In this document: piece after piece, positions 8,284 to 21,600 of the stretch
How positions within the stretch are numbered: the first letter of the stretch is position 1
Layout: each line of letters starts with the position of its first letter
From: Blastocladiella emersonii ATCC 22665
Lineage: Eukaryota > Fungi > Blastocladiomycota
Reading direction: 5' to 3'
Assembly (NCBI GenBank): GCA_025594325.1
Contig: JANHCV010000010.1
Coordinates: 1,671,364-1,735,363 of the forward strand
Length of the DNA stretch: 64,000 nucleotides
Notes under the pieces: generated by a model
The model's database searches: none
Told to the model about the DNA's origin: nothing
What the model saw: only the letters and a program-made list of their open reading frames with translations
Program-made: the position numbers and the translations under genes

Positions 8284-9665
8284 CTCCACAAATCGCAACA
8301 TGCACGAAACAAATTAGCTGACGTTTGGGATGTACCAAACCAGCCACGTAGATAACTTTCATGGTACTCAAACAAGACCATACTCAAATCTTTGACTTCC
8401 TGCATGTCCAGCTAGCCAGGCTTCTGTAAATCACATTAATGACGCAACAAAATATCTGGCCATAAGAATATTGTAAACCAGCCACTCTGGCAATTGTCAT
8501 GGCACTCAAACAAAACCATATTCAAATCTTCGACTTCCCGCATGCCCATGTGGGCAAGGACCTATAAATCACAGTATCGAACCAACAAAATATCTGACCA
8601 TAGAAACATAGTATACCAGCCACGAGGACAATTGTCATGGTACTCAAACAAAACCATATTCAAATCTTTGACTATTCACATGTCTAGCTGGTTGGCGACC
8701 CATAAATCGTAACATTGGAGCAACAAAATATCTGACCACGGAAATACAGTAAACAAGCCCCGGAGATAATTGTCATGGTTCTCAAACAAAACCATATTCA
8801 GATCTTTGAATACCCCATGTCCAGGTGGTTGGGGGCCCAGAAATCGTAACATCGAACCAACAAAATATTTGACCATAGAAATATACTAAACCAGCCACGT
8901 ACGTAATTGTCGCGTTACTTAAACAAAACCATACTCAAAACTTTGACTTCCCGCATGTTCACCTAGCCAGGTACCCATAAATCACAGTATCGAGCCAACA
9001 AAAGATCTGACAATGGAAATATAGTAAACCGGCCGCGGAGAGAATTCTCATGGTACTCAAATGAAACCATACTCAAATCTATGACTTCCCACATGTCCAG
9101 CTGGTTGAGGACCCATAAATCGTAACGTCAAAGCAACAATGTACCTGACCATGGGAATATAGTAAACGAGCCCCGGAGATAATTGTCATGGTACGCAAAC
9201 AAAACCATACTCAAGTCTATGCCTTCCCACATGTCCAGCTGGTTGGGGATCCATAAATCCCAGTATCGAACCAACAAGATATCTGACCATTGGACTATAT
9301 GTAACCGATCCCGTAGGTAATTGTCATGATACCCAAACAAAACCATATTCAAATCTTTCACATCCCGCATGTCCAGCTAGCCAGGGACCCATAAATCACA
9401 GTATCCAACCAACAAAGTATCTGACCAAAGAAAGATCATAAACCAGCCACGCAGATAATTGTCATGGTATTCAAACAAAACCATACTCAAATCTTCGAAT
9501 ACCCGATGTCCAGGTGGGCAAGGGCCTATACATCACAGTGTTGAACCAACAAAGTATCTGACGATCGGGATGTATCAAACCGGCCATGCTGATAATTGTC
9601 ATGGTACTCAAACATAATCATAGTCAAGTCTTCGAATATCCTCACGTCCACGTGGGCAAGGACCC
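8284..9665. repeat. Block of ten diverged 138/137-bp monomers (representative; 18 complete blocks in the window)
   Basis: The anchor begins at 8370, 8508, 8646, 8784, 8921, 9059, 9197, 9335, 9473 and 9610 (spacing 138, twice 137). Approximate consensus: cccataaatcacagtatcgaaccaacaaaatatctgaccatagaaatatagtaaaccagccacgtagataattgtcatggtactcaaacaaaaccatattcaaatctttgacttcccgcatgtccagctggttgggga. Confidence 0.97.
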
Positions 9666-12600
9666 AAAGCGCCAGGTATCCAAATCTACCCCGTTGTGCA
9701 CACTCTCCATTATCCAAGTCTGTCATCCTACAATTTTGGAACCCGTCGGCAAAGCTCACGGTCCAATCAACGAACAACAGCCAACATGCCAACCTGGCTA
9801 CCTACCTGCCTACCTGCCTAGCTGGCTATCTGCCTACCTGCAAACCTGCCAACCTGCCCTACCTGCTAACCAAACACACACACCGCCTCGCAAGTCCTTG
9901 TGGGCCCGCGCTCTCTGGTTGCCGTCCCAGCCAACAAAGGAATGAATGATGAGCCCTGGCAGCCTGGCAGCCTGCCACACTGACAGCCTGGCAGCCTGCC
10001 ACACTGACAGCCTGACAGCGCCCACCCAGTAGTTATTAGCTACCTCGTATGTCGTCTGAGAGGGGTTCAGCAGTCAATATACGACTGGTCTCCTCCTGGC
10101 TGGCAGCTCTGCTGTCCACTCCAAGTCCTGCATGATGATGGGCCAAGGAGGGTTACGAGCAGCTCCTCTGTCTATCCGCGTGAAACCACTCACCCGCTGA
10201 CGGATGTACACCACGCACCGTGCAGCGCGCACAGCGCACAGCGCCCAACGCACCACGCGCTGCGCACACGGCGCAAACGGCCACCCTGGTGACACGCACA
10301 CTCGCATGAACGGCAGGCATGCAAGGCGTCCTGAACTCAACGATGATATATCGTCTAGGTCTGCTCGCTCCAACGGGTGCGCCTGCCTGCCCTCCCTGTG
10401 CCATGGATTGATTGATTCATGTCCAGTGCTGCCCCCATGCTTGCTTTCATGGCCGCGGGGTCCGTCAGGACGCCTTGCAATGGGTGCGCCAACCCCTGTT
10501 GCCAGCCATGTGGCAAGAAACACCACAGCACCTGCGTCGCCCTGGCCACCGTACCTTGCAAACAGCGTAGCAGCCGTACTGCTTCAGAGGGCTGCAGAGG
10601 GCTGGCTGCGGAGGGCTGAGGCGGCAGGGCTCCTCCTGCAGGAGACAGTGCTGGGGCCAAGGAGTTAGTGCTAGGGACTACTAACTGAATGGTGAATGAC
10701 CCACACACCACATGCTCCTGGCAGGAGTGCGTGTGGGCGCGTGGGCCTGTGTCCGTGCGTGCCTGGATTAGTCCTCCATCACAAGTGACCAAGGTGACCA
10801 AGGTGACCAAGGTGACCAAGGTGACCAAGGTGACATGCAAGCACCAAGTTAGAGCGGCGGGGCAGCCATGGAAAGAAGGGCACAGGTACAAACTACCGTA
10901 CCCTGGCCGCGGCCACTAGTCGCAGAACAGCCCTGCATGGCTCAGGACGCGGCGGGCGTTGGAGACAGGGTAGGTAGGTAGGTAGCAGCAGCAGCAGCAA
11001 GGAGCAGGACCTGGCTGGCAAACAACACAAGTGAAGGCGTGCGTGATGGAGTAAGAGAGTGTTGAATGAATGGATGGGTGGATGCGATGCAGACCAGCAT
11101 ACGTGTCGTGCGTCGTCCGGATTGGTCGGCGACCACCCGCCAATCCTGCGGCATGGCTGTGGGGGCGGCAGTGGTGGTAGTGGAGCTAGAGTGGTGTCGT
11201 GGGGCTGGTGGGGTCCCCTCTCCTTCCTGTCTCGCCTAGGTGGGTGGGCGGACGTAGCGCGCATGCGGGCGGGCAAGGTAGGAACGTTGTTCAAGCAATG
11301 GATCATGTACTTTATGGCATGTGATCTGCAAGACAGGGAGGGGGAGCGACTGTGTCTAATTTTGACCGAGGGACCTTGCTGCAGCCAACGTCTGGCCCAA
11401 TCCGACCCTCCACAAATCGCAACATGCACGAAACAAATTAGCTGACGTTTGGGATGTACCAAACCAGCCACGTAGATAATTTTCATGGTACTCAAACAAG
11501 ACCATACTCAAATCTTTGACTTCCTGCATGTCCAGCTAGCCAGGCTTCTGTAAATCACATTAATGACGCAACAAAATATCTGGCCATAAGAATATTGTAA
11601 ACCAGCCACTCTGGCAATTGTCATGGCACTCAAACAAAACCATATTCAAATCTTCGACTTCCCGCATGCCCATGTGGGCAAGGACCTATAAATCACAGTA
11701 TCGAACCAACAAAATATCTGACCATAGAAACATAGTATACCAGCCACGAGGACAATTGTCATGGTACTCAAACAAAACCATATTCAAATCTTTGACTATT
11801 CACATGTCTAGCTGGTTGGCGACCCATAAATCGTAACATTGGAGCAACAAAATATCTGACCACGGAAATACAGTAAACAAGCCCCGGAGATAATTGTCAT
11901 GGTTCTCAAACAAAACCATATTCAGATCTTTGAATACCCCATGTCCAGGTGGTTGGGGGCCCAGAAATCGTAACATCGAACCAACAAAATATTTGACCAT
12001 AGAAATATACTAAACCAGCCACGTACGTAATTGTCGCGTTACTTAAACAAAACCATACTCAAAACTTTGACTTCCCGCATGTTCACCTAGCCAGGTACCC
12101 ATAAATCACAGTATCGAGCCAACAAAAGATCTGACAATGGAAATATAGTAAACCGGCCGCGGAGAGAATTCTCATGGTACTCAAATGAAACCATACTCAA
12201 ATCTATGACTTCCCACATGTCCAGCTGGTTGAGGACCCATAAATCGTAACGTCAAAGCAACAATGTATCTGACCATGGGAATATAGTAAACGAGCCCCGG
12301 AGATAATTGTCATGGTACGCAAACAAAACCATACTCAAGTCTATGCCTTCCCACATGTCCAGCTGGTTGGGGATCCATAAATCCCAGTATCGAACCAACA
12401 AGATATCTGACCATTGGACTATATGTAACCGATCCCGTAGGTAATTGTCATGATACCCAAACAAAACCATATTCAAATCTTTCACATCCCGCATGTCCAG
12501 CTAGCCAGGGACCCATAAATCACAGTATCCAACCAACAAAGTATCTGACCAAAGAAAGATCATAAACCAGCCACGCAGATAATTGTCATGGTATTCAAAC

Positions 12601-15600
12601 AAAACCATACTCAAATCTTCGAATACCCGATGTCCAGGTGGGCAAGGGCCTATACATCACAGTGTTGAACCAACAAAGTATCTGACGATCGGGATGTATC
12701 AAACCGGCCATGCTGATAATTGTCATGGTACTCAAACATAATCATAGTCAAGTCTTCGAATATCCTCACGTCCACGTGGGCAAGGACCCAAAGCGCCAGG
12801 TATCCAAATCTACCCCGTTGTGCACACTCTCCATTATCCAAGTCTGTCATCCTACAATTTTGGAACCCGTCGGCAAAGCTCACGGTCCAATCAACGAACA
12901 ACAGCCAACATGCCAACCTGGCTACCTACCTGCCTACCTGCCTAGCTGGCTATCTGCCTACCTGCAAACCTGCCAACCTGCCCTACCTGCTAACCAAACA
13001 CACACACCGCCTCGCAAGTCCTTGTGGGCCCGCGCTCTCTGGTTGCCGTCCCAGCCAACAAAGGAATGAATGATGAGCCCTGGCAGCCTGGCAGCCTGCC
13101 ACACTGACAGCCTGGCAGCCTGCCACACTGACAGCCTGACAGCGCCCACCCAGTAGTTATTAGCTACCTCGTATGTCGTCTGAGAGGGGTTCAGCAGTCA
13201 ATATACGACTGGTCTCCTCCTGGCTGGCAGCTCTGCTGTCCACTCCAAGTCCTGCATGATGATGGGCCAAGGAGGGTTACGAGCAGCTCCTCTGTCTATC
13301 CGCGTGAAACCACTCACCCGCTGACGGATGTACACCACGCACCGTGCAGCGCGCACAGCGCACAGCGCCCAACGCACCACGCGCTGCGCACACGGCGCAA
13401 ACGGCCACCCTGGTGACACGCACACTCGCATGAACGGCAGGCATGCAAGGCGTCCTGAACTCAACGATGATATATCGTCTAGGTCTGCTCGCTCCAACGG
13501 GTGCGCCTGCCTGCCCTCCCTGTGCCATGGATTGATTGATTCATGTCCAGTGCTGCCCCCATGCTTGCTTTCATGGCCGCGGGGTCCGTCAGGACGCCTT
13601 GCAATGGGTGCGCCAACCCCTGTTGCCAGCCATGTGGCAAGAAACACCACAGCACCTGCGTCGCCCTGGCCACCGTACCTTGCAAACAGCGTAGCAGCCG
13701 TACTGCTTCAGAGGGCTGCAGAGGGCTGGCTGCGGAGGGCTGAGGCGGCAGGGCTCCTCCTGCAGGAGACAGTGCTGGGGCCAAGGAGTTAGTGCTAGGG
13801 ACTACTAACTGAATGGTGAATGACCCACACACCACATGCTCCTGGCAGGAGTGCGTGTGGGCGCGTGGGCCTGTGTCCGTGCGTGCCTGGATTAGTCCTC
13901 CATCACAAGTGACCAAGGTGACCAAGGTGACCAAGGTGACCAAGGTGACCAAGGTGACATGCAAGCACCAAGTTAGAGCGGCGGGGCAGCCATGGAAAGA
14001 AGGGCACAGGTACAAACTACCGTACCCTGGCCGCGGCCACTTGTCGCAGAACAGCCCTGCATGGCTCAGGACGCGGCGGGCGTTGGAGACAGGGTAGGTA
14101 GGTAGGTAGCAGCAGCAGCAGCAAGGAGCAGGACCTGGCTGGCAAACAACACAAGTGAAGGCGTGCGTGATGGAGTGAGAGAGTGTTGAATGAATGGATG
14201 GGTGGATGCGATGCAGACCAGCATACGTGTCGTGCGTCGTCCGGATTGGTCGGCGACCACCCGCCAATCCTGCGGCATGGCTGTGGGGGCGGCAGTGGTG
14301 GTAGTGGAGCTAGAGTGGTGTCGTGGGGCTGGTGGGGTCCCCTCTCCTTCCTGTCTCGCCTAGGTGGGTGGGCGGACGTAGCGCGCATGCGGGCGGGCAA
14401 GGTAGGAACGTTGTTCAAGCAATGGATCATGTACTTTATGGCATGTGATCTGCAAGACAGGGAGGGGGAGCGACTGTGTCTAATTTTGACCGAGGGACCT
14501 TGCTGCAGCCAACGTCTGGCCCAATCCGACCCTCCACAAATCGCAACATGCACGAAACAAATTAGCTGACGTTTGGGATGTACCAAACCAGCCACGTAGA
14601 TAATTTTCATGGTACTCAAACAAGACCATACTCAAATCTTTGACTTCCTGCATGTCCAGCTAGCCAGGCTTCTGTAAATCACATTAATGACGCAACAAAA
14701 TATCTGGCCATAAGAATATTGTAAACCAGCCACTCTGGCAATTGTCATGGCACTCAAACAAAACCATATTCAAATCTTCGACTTCCCGCATGCCCATGTG
14801 GGCAAGGACCTATAAATCACAGTATCGAACCAACAAAATATCTGACCATAGAAACATAGTATACCAGCCACGAGGACAATTGTCATGGTACTCAAACAAA
14901 ACCATATTCAAATCTTTGACTATTCACATGTCTAGCTGGTTGGCGACCCATAAATCGTAACATTGGAGCAACAAAATATCTGACCACGGAAATACAGTAA
15001 ACAAGCCCCGGAGATAATTGTCATGGTTCTCAAACAAAACCATATTCAGATCTTTGAATACCCCATGTCCAGGTGGTTGGGGGCCCAGAAATCGTAACAT
15101 CGAACCAACAAAATATTTGACCATAGAAATATACTAAACCAGCCACGTACGTAATTGTCGCGTTACTTAAACAAAACCATACTCAAAACTTTGACTTCCC
15201 GCATGTTCACCTAGCCAGGTACCCATAAATCACAGTATCGAGCCAACAAAAGATCTGACAATGGAAATATAGTAAACCGGCCGCGGAGAGAATTCTCATG
15301 GTACTCAAATGAAACCATACTCAAATCTATGACTTCCCACATGTCCAGCTGGTTGAGGACCCATAAATCGTAACGTCAAAGCAACAATGTATCTGACCAT
15401 GGGAATATAGTAAACGAGCCCCGGAGATAATTGTCATGGTACGCAAACAAAACCATACTCAAGTCTATGCCTTCCCACATGTCCAGCTGGTTGGGGATCC
15501 ATAAATCCCAGTATCGAACCAACAAGATATCTGACCATTGGACTATATGTAACCGATCCCGTAGGTAATTGTCATGATACCCAAACAAAACCATATTCAA

Positions 15601-18600
15601 ATCTTTCACATCCCGCATGTCCAGCTAGCCAGGGACCCATAAATCACAGTATCCAACCAACAAAGTATCTGACCAAAGAAAGATCATAAACCAGCCACGC
15701 AGATAATTGTCATGGTATTCAAACAAAACCATACTCAAATCTTCGAATACCCGATGTCCAGGTGGGCAAGGGCCTATACATCACAGTGTTGAACCAACAA
15801 AGTATCTGACGATCGGGATGTATCAAACCGGCCATGCTGATAATTGTCATGGTACTCAAACATAATCATAGTCAAGTCTTCGAATATCCTCACGTCCACG
15901 TGGGCAAGGACCCAAAGCGCCAGGTATCCAAATCTACCCCGTTGTGCACACTCTCCATTATCCAAGTCTGTCATCCTACAATTTTGGAACCCGTCGGCAA
16001 AGCTCACGGTCCAATCAACGAACAACAGCCAACCTGCCAACCTGGCTACCTACCTGCCTACCTGCCTAGCTGGCTATCTGCCTACCTGCAAACCTGCCAA
16101 CCTGCCCTACCTGCTAACCAAACACACACACCGCCTCGCAAGTCCTTGTGGGCCCGCGCTCTCTGGTTGCCGTCCCAGCCAACAAAGGAATGAATGATGA
16201 GCCCTGGCAGCCTGGCAGCCTGCCACACTGACAGCCTGGCAGCCTGCCACACTGACAGCCTGACAGCGCCCACCCAGTAGTTATTAGCTACCTCGTATGT
16301 CGTCTGAGAGGGGTTCAGCAGTCAATATACGACTGGTCTCCTCCTGGCTGGCAGCTCTGCTGTCCACTCCAAGTCCTGCATGATGATGGGCCAAGGAGGG
16401 TTACGAGCAGCTCCTCTGTCTATCCGCGTGAAACCACTCACCCGCTGACGGATGTACACCACGCACCGTGCAGCGCGCACAGCGCACAGCGCCCAACGCA
16501 CCACGCGCTGCGCACACGGCGCAAACGGCCACCCTGGTGACACGCACACTCGCATGAACGGCAGGCATGCAAGGCGTCCTGAACTCAACGATGATATATC
16601 GTCTAGGTCTGCTCGCTCCAACGGGTGCGCCTGCCTGCCCTCCCTGTGCCATGGATTGATTGATTCATGTCCAGTGCTGCCCCCATGCTTGCTTTCATGG
16701 CCGCGGGGTCCGTCAGGACGCCTTGCAATGGGTGCGCCAACCCCTGTTGCCAGCCATGTGGCAAGAAACACCACAGCACCTGCGTCGCCCTGGCCACCGT
16801 ACCTTGCAAACAGCGTAGCAGCCGTACTGCTTCAGAGGGCTGCAGAGGGCTGGCTGCGGAGGGCTGAGGCGGCAGGGCTCCTCCTGCAGGAGACAGTGCT
16901 GGGGCCAAGGAGTTAGTGCTAGGGACTACTAACTGAATGGTGAATGACCCACACACCACATGCTCCTGGCAGGAGTGCGTGTGGGCGCGTGGGCCTGTGT
17001 CCGTGCGTGCCTGGATTAGTCCTCCATCACAAGTGACCAAGGTGACCAAGGTGACCAAGGTGACCAAGGTGACCAAGGTGACATGCAAGCACCAAGTTAG
17101 AGCGGCGGGGCAGCCATGGAAAGAAGGGCACAGGTGCAAACTACCGTACCCTGGCCGCGGCCACTTGTCGCAGAACAGCCCTGCATGGCTCAGGACGCGG
17201 CGGGCGTTGGAGACAGGGTAGGTAGGTAGGTAGCAGCAGCAGCAGCAAGGAGCAGGACCTGGCTGGCAAACAACACAAGTGAAGGCGTGCGTGATGGAGT
17301 GAGAGAGTGTTGAATGAATGGATGGGTGGATGCGATGCAGACCAGCATACGTGTCGTGCGTCGTCCGGATTGGTCGGCGACCACCCGCCAATCCTGCGGC
17401 ATGGCTGTGGGGGCGGCAGTGGTGGTAGTGGAGCTAGAGTGGTGTCGTGGGGCTGGTGGGGTCCCCTCTCCTTCCTGTCTCGCCTAGGTGGGTGGGCGGA
17501 CGTAGCGCGCATGCGGGCGGGCAAGGTAGGAACGTTGTTCAAGCAATGGATCATGTACTTTATGGCATGTGATCTGCAAGACAGGGAGGGGGAGCGACTG
17601 TGTCTAATTTTGACCGAGGGACCTTGCTGCAGCCAACGTCTGGCCCAATCCGACCCTCCACAAATCGCAACATGCACGAAACAAATTAGCTGACGTTTGG
17701 GATGTACCAAACCAGCCACGTAGATAATTTTCATGGTACTCAAACAAGACCATACTCAAATCTTTGACTTCCTGCATGTCCAGCTAGCCAGGCTTCTGTA
17801 AATCACATTAATGACGCAACAAAATATCTGGCCATAAGAATATTGTAAACCAGCCACTCTGGCAATTGTCATGGCACTCAAACAAAACCATATTCAAATC
17901 TTCGACTTCCCGCATGCCCATGTGGGCAAGGACCTATAAATCACAGTATCGAACCAACAAAATATCTGACCATAGAAACATAGTATACCAGCCACGAGGA
18001 CAATTGTCATGGTACTCAAACAAAACCATATTCAAATCTTTGACTATTCACATGTCTAGCTGGTTGGCGACCCATAAATCGTAACATTGGAGCAACAAAA
18101 TATCTGACCACGGAAATACAGTAAACAAGCCCCGGAGATAATTGTCATGGTTCTCAAACAAAACCATATTCAGATCTTTGAATACCCCATGTCCAGGTGG
18201 TTGGGGGCCCAGAAATCGTAACATCGAACCAACAAAATATTTGACCATAGAAATATACTAAACCAGCCACGTACGTAATTGTCGCGTTACTTAAACAAAA
18301 CCATACTCAAAACTTTGACTTCCCGCATGTTCACCTAGCCAGGTACCCATAAATCACAGTATCGAGCCAACAAAAGATCTGACAATGGAAATATAGTAAA
18401 CCGGCCGCGGAGAGAATTCTCATGGTACTCAAATGAAACCATACTCAAATCTATGACTTCCCACATGTCCAGCTGGTTGAGGACCCATAAATCGTAACGT
18501 CAAAGCAACAATGTATCTGACCATGGGAATATAGTAAACGAGCCCCGGAGATAATTGTCATGGTACGCAAACAAAACCATACTCAAGTCTATGCCTTCCC

Positions 18601-21600
18601 ACATGTCCAGCTGGTTGGGGATCCATAAATCCCAGTATCGAACCAACAAGATATCTGACCATTGGACTATATGTAACCGATCCCGTAGGTAATTGTCATG
18701 ATACCCAAACAAAACCATATTCAAATCTTTCACATCCCGCATGTCCAGCTAGCCAGGGACCCATAAATCACAGTATCCAACCAACAAAGTATCTGACCAA
18801 AGAAAGATCATAAACCAGCCACGCAGATAATTGTCATGGTATTCAAACAAAACCATACTCAAATCTTCGAATACCCGATGTCCAGGTGGGCAAGGGCCTA
18901 TACATCACAGTGTTGAACCAACAAAGTATCTGACGATCGGGATGTATCAAACCGGCCATGCTGATAATTGTCATGGTACTCAAACATAATCATAGTCAAG
19001 TCTTCGAATATCCTCACGTCCACGTGGGCAAGGACCCAAAGCGCCAGGTATCCAAATCTACCCCGTTGTGCACACTCTCCATTATCCAAGTCTGTCATCC
19101 TACAATTTTGGAACCCGTCGGCAAAGCTCACGGTCCAATCAACGAACAACAGCCAACCTGCCAACCTGGCTACCTACCTGCCTACCTGCCTAGCTGGCTA
19201 TCTGCCTACCTGCAAACCTGCCAACCTGCCCTACCTGCTAACCAAACACACACACCGCCTCGCAAGTCCTTGTGGGCCCGCGCTCTCTGGTTGCCGTCCC
19301 AGCCAACAAAGGAATGAATGATGAGCCCTGGCAGCCTGGCAGCCTGCCACACTGACAGCCTGGCAGCCTGCCACACTGACAGCCTGACAGCGCCCACCCA
19401 GTAGTTATTAGCTACCTCGTATGTCGTCTGAGAGGGGTTCAGCAGTCAATATACGACTGGTCTCCTCCTGGCTGGCAGCTCTGCTGTCCACTCCAAGTCC
19501 TGCATGATGATGGGCCAAGGAGGGTTACGAGCAGCTCCTCTGTCTATCCGCGTGAAACCACTCACCCGCTGACGGATGTACACCACGCACCGTGCAGCGC
19601 GCACAGCGCACAGCGCCCAACGCACCACGCGCTGCGCACACGGCGCAAACGGCCACCCTGGTGACACGCACACTCGCATGAACGGCAGGCATGCAAGGCG
19701 TCCTGAACTCAACGATGATATATCGTCTAGGTCTGCTCGCTCCAACGGGTGCGCCTGCCTGCCCTCCCTGTGCCATGGATTGATTGATTCATGTCCAGTG
19801 CTGCCCCCATGCTTGCTTTCATGGCCGCGGGGTCCGTCAGGACGCCTTGCAATGGGTGCGCCAACCCCTGTTGCCAGCCATGTGGCAAGAAACACCACAG
19901 CACCTGCGTCGCCCTGGCCACCGTACCTTGCAAACAGCGTAGCAGCCGTACTGCTTCAGAGGGCTGCAGAGGGCTGGCTGCGGAGGGCTGAGGCGGCAGG
20001 GCTCCTCCTGCAGGAGACAGTGCTGGGGCCAAGGAGTTAGTGCTAGGGACTACTAACTGAATGGTGAATGACCCACACACCACATGCTCCTGGCAGGAGT
20101 GCGTGTGGGCGCGTGGGCCTGTGTCCGTGCGTGCCTGGATTAGTCCTCCATCACAAGTGACCAAGGTGACCAAGGTGACCAAGGTGACCAAGGTGACCAA
20201 GGTGACATGCAAGCACCAAGTTAGAGCGGCGGGGCAGCCATGGAAAGAAGGGCACAGGTACAAACTACCGTACCCTGGCCGCGGCCACTAGTCGCAGAAC
20301 AGCCCTGCATGGCTCAGGACGCGGCGGGCGTTGGAGACAGGGTAGGTAGGTAGGTAGCAGCAGCAGCAGCAAGGAGCAGGACCTGGCTGGCAAACAACAC
20401 AAGTGAAGGCGTGCGTGATGGAGTGAGAGAGTGTTGAATGAATGGATGGGTGGATGCGATGCAGACCAGCATACGTGTCGTGCGTCGTCCGGATTGGTCG
20501 GCGACCACCCGCCAATCCTGCGGCATGGCTGTGGGGGCGGCAGTGGTGGTAGTGGAGCTAGAGTGGTGTCGTGGGGCTGGTGGGGTCCCCTCTCCTTCCT
20601 GTCTCGCCTAGGTGGGTGGGCGGACGTAGCGCGCATGCGGGCGGGCAAGGTAGGAACGTTGTTCAAGCAATGGATCATGTACTTTATGGCATGTGATCTG
20701 CAAGACAGGGAGGGGGAGCGACTGTGTCTAATTTTGACCGAGGGACCTTGCTGCAGCCAACGTCTGGCCCAATCCGACCCTCCACAAATCGCAACATGCA
20801 CGAAACAAATTAGCTGACGTTTGGGATGTACCAAACCAGCCACGTAGATAATTTTCATGGTACTCAAACAAGACCATACTCAAATCTTTGACTTCCTGCA
20901 TGTCCAGCTAGCCAGGCTTCTGTAAATCACATTAATGACGCAACAAAATATCTGGCCATAAGAATATTGTAAACCAGCCACTCTGGCAATTGTCATGGCA
21001 CTCAAACAAAACCATATTCAAATCTTCGACTTCCCGCATGCCCATGTGGGCAAGGACCTATAAATCACAGTATCGAACCAACAAAATATCTGACCATAGA
21101 AACATAGTATACCAGCCACGAGGACAATTGTCATGGTACTCAAACAAAACCATATTCAAATCTTTGACTATTCACATGTCTAGCTGGTTGGCGACCCATA
21201 AATCGTAACATTGGAGCAACAAAATATCTGACCACGGAAATACAGTAAACAAGCCCCGGAGATAATTGTCATGGTTCTCAAACAAAACCATATTCAGATC
21301 TTTGAATACCCCATGTCCAGGTGGTTGGGGGCCCAGAAATCGTAACATCGAACCAACAAAATATTTGACCATAGAAATATACTAAACCAGCCACGTACGT
21401 AATTGTCGCGTTACTTAAACAAAACCATACTCAAAACTTTGACTTCCCGCATGTTCACCTAGCCAGGTACCCATAAATCACAGTATCGAGCCAACAAAAG
21501 ATCTGACAATGGAAATATAGTAAACCGGCCGCGGAGAGAATTCTCATGGTACTCAAATGAAACCATACTCAAATCTATGACTTCCCACATGTCCAGCTGG

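Noticed and set aside
8361-8395. CRISPR array: the conserved monomer core on the minus strand (GATTTGAGTATGGTTTTGTTTGAGTACCATGAC) loosely resembles type II-A direct repeats
   Set aside because: The intervening ~100 bp are homologous to each other rather than unique spacers, the 'repeats' are degenerate, no cas genes are present, and the context is an intron-containing eukaryotic gene.
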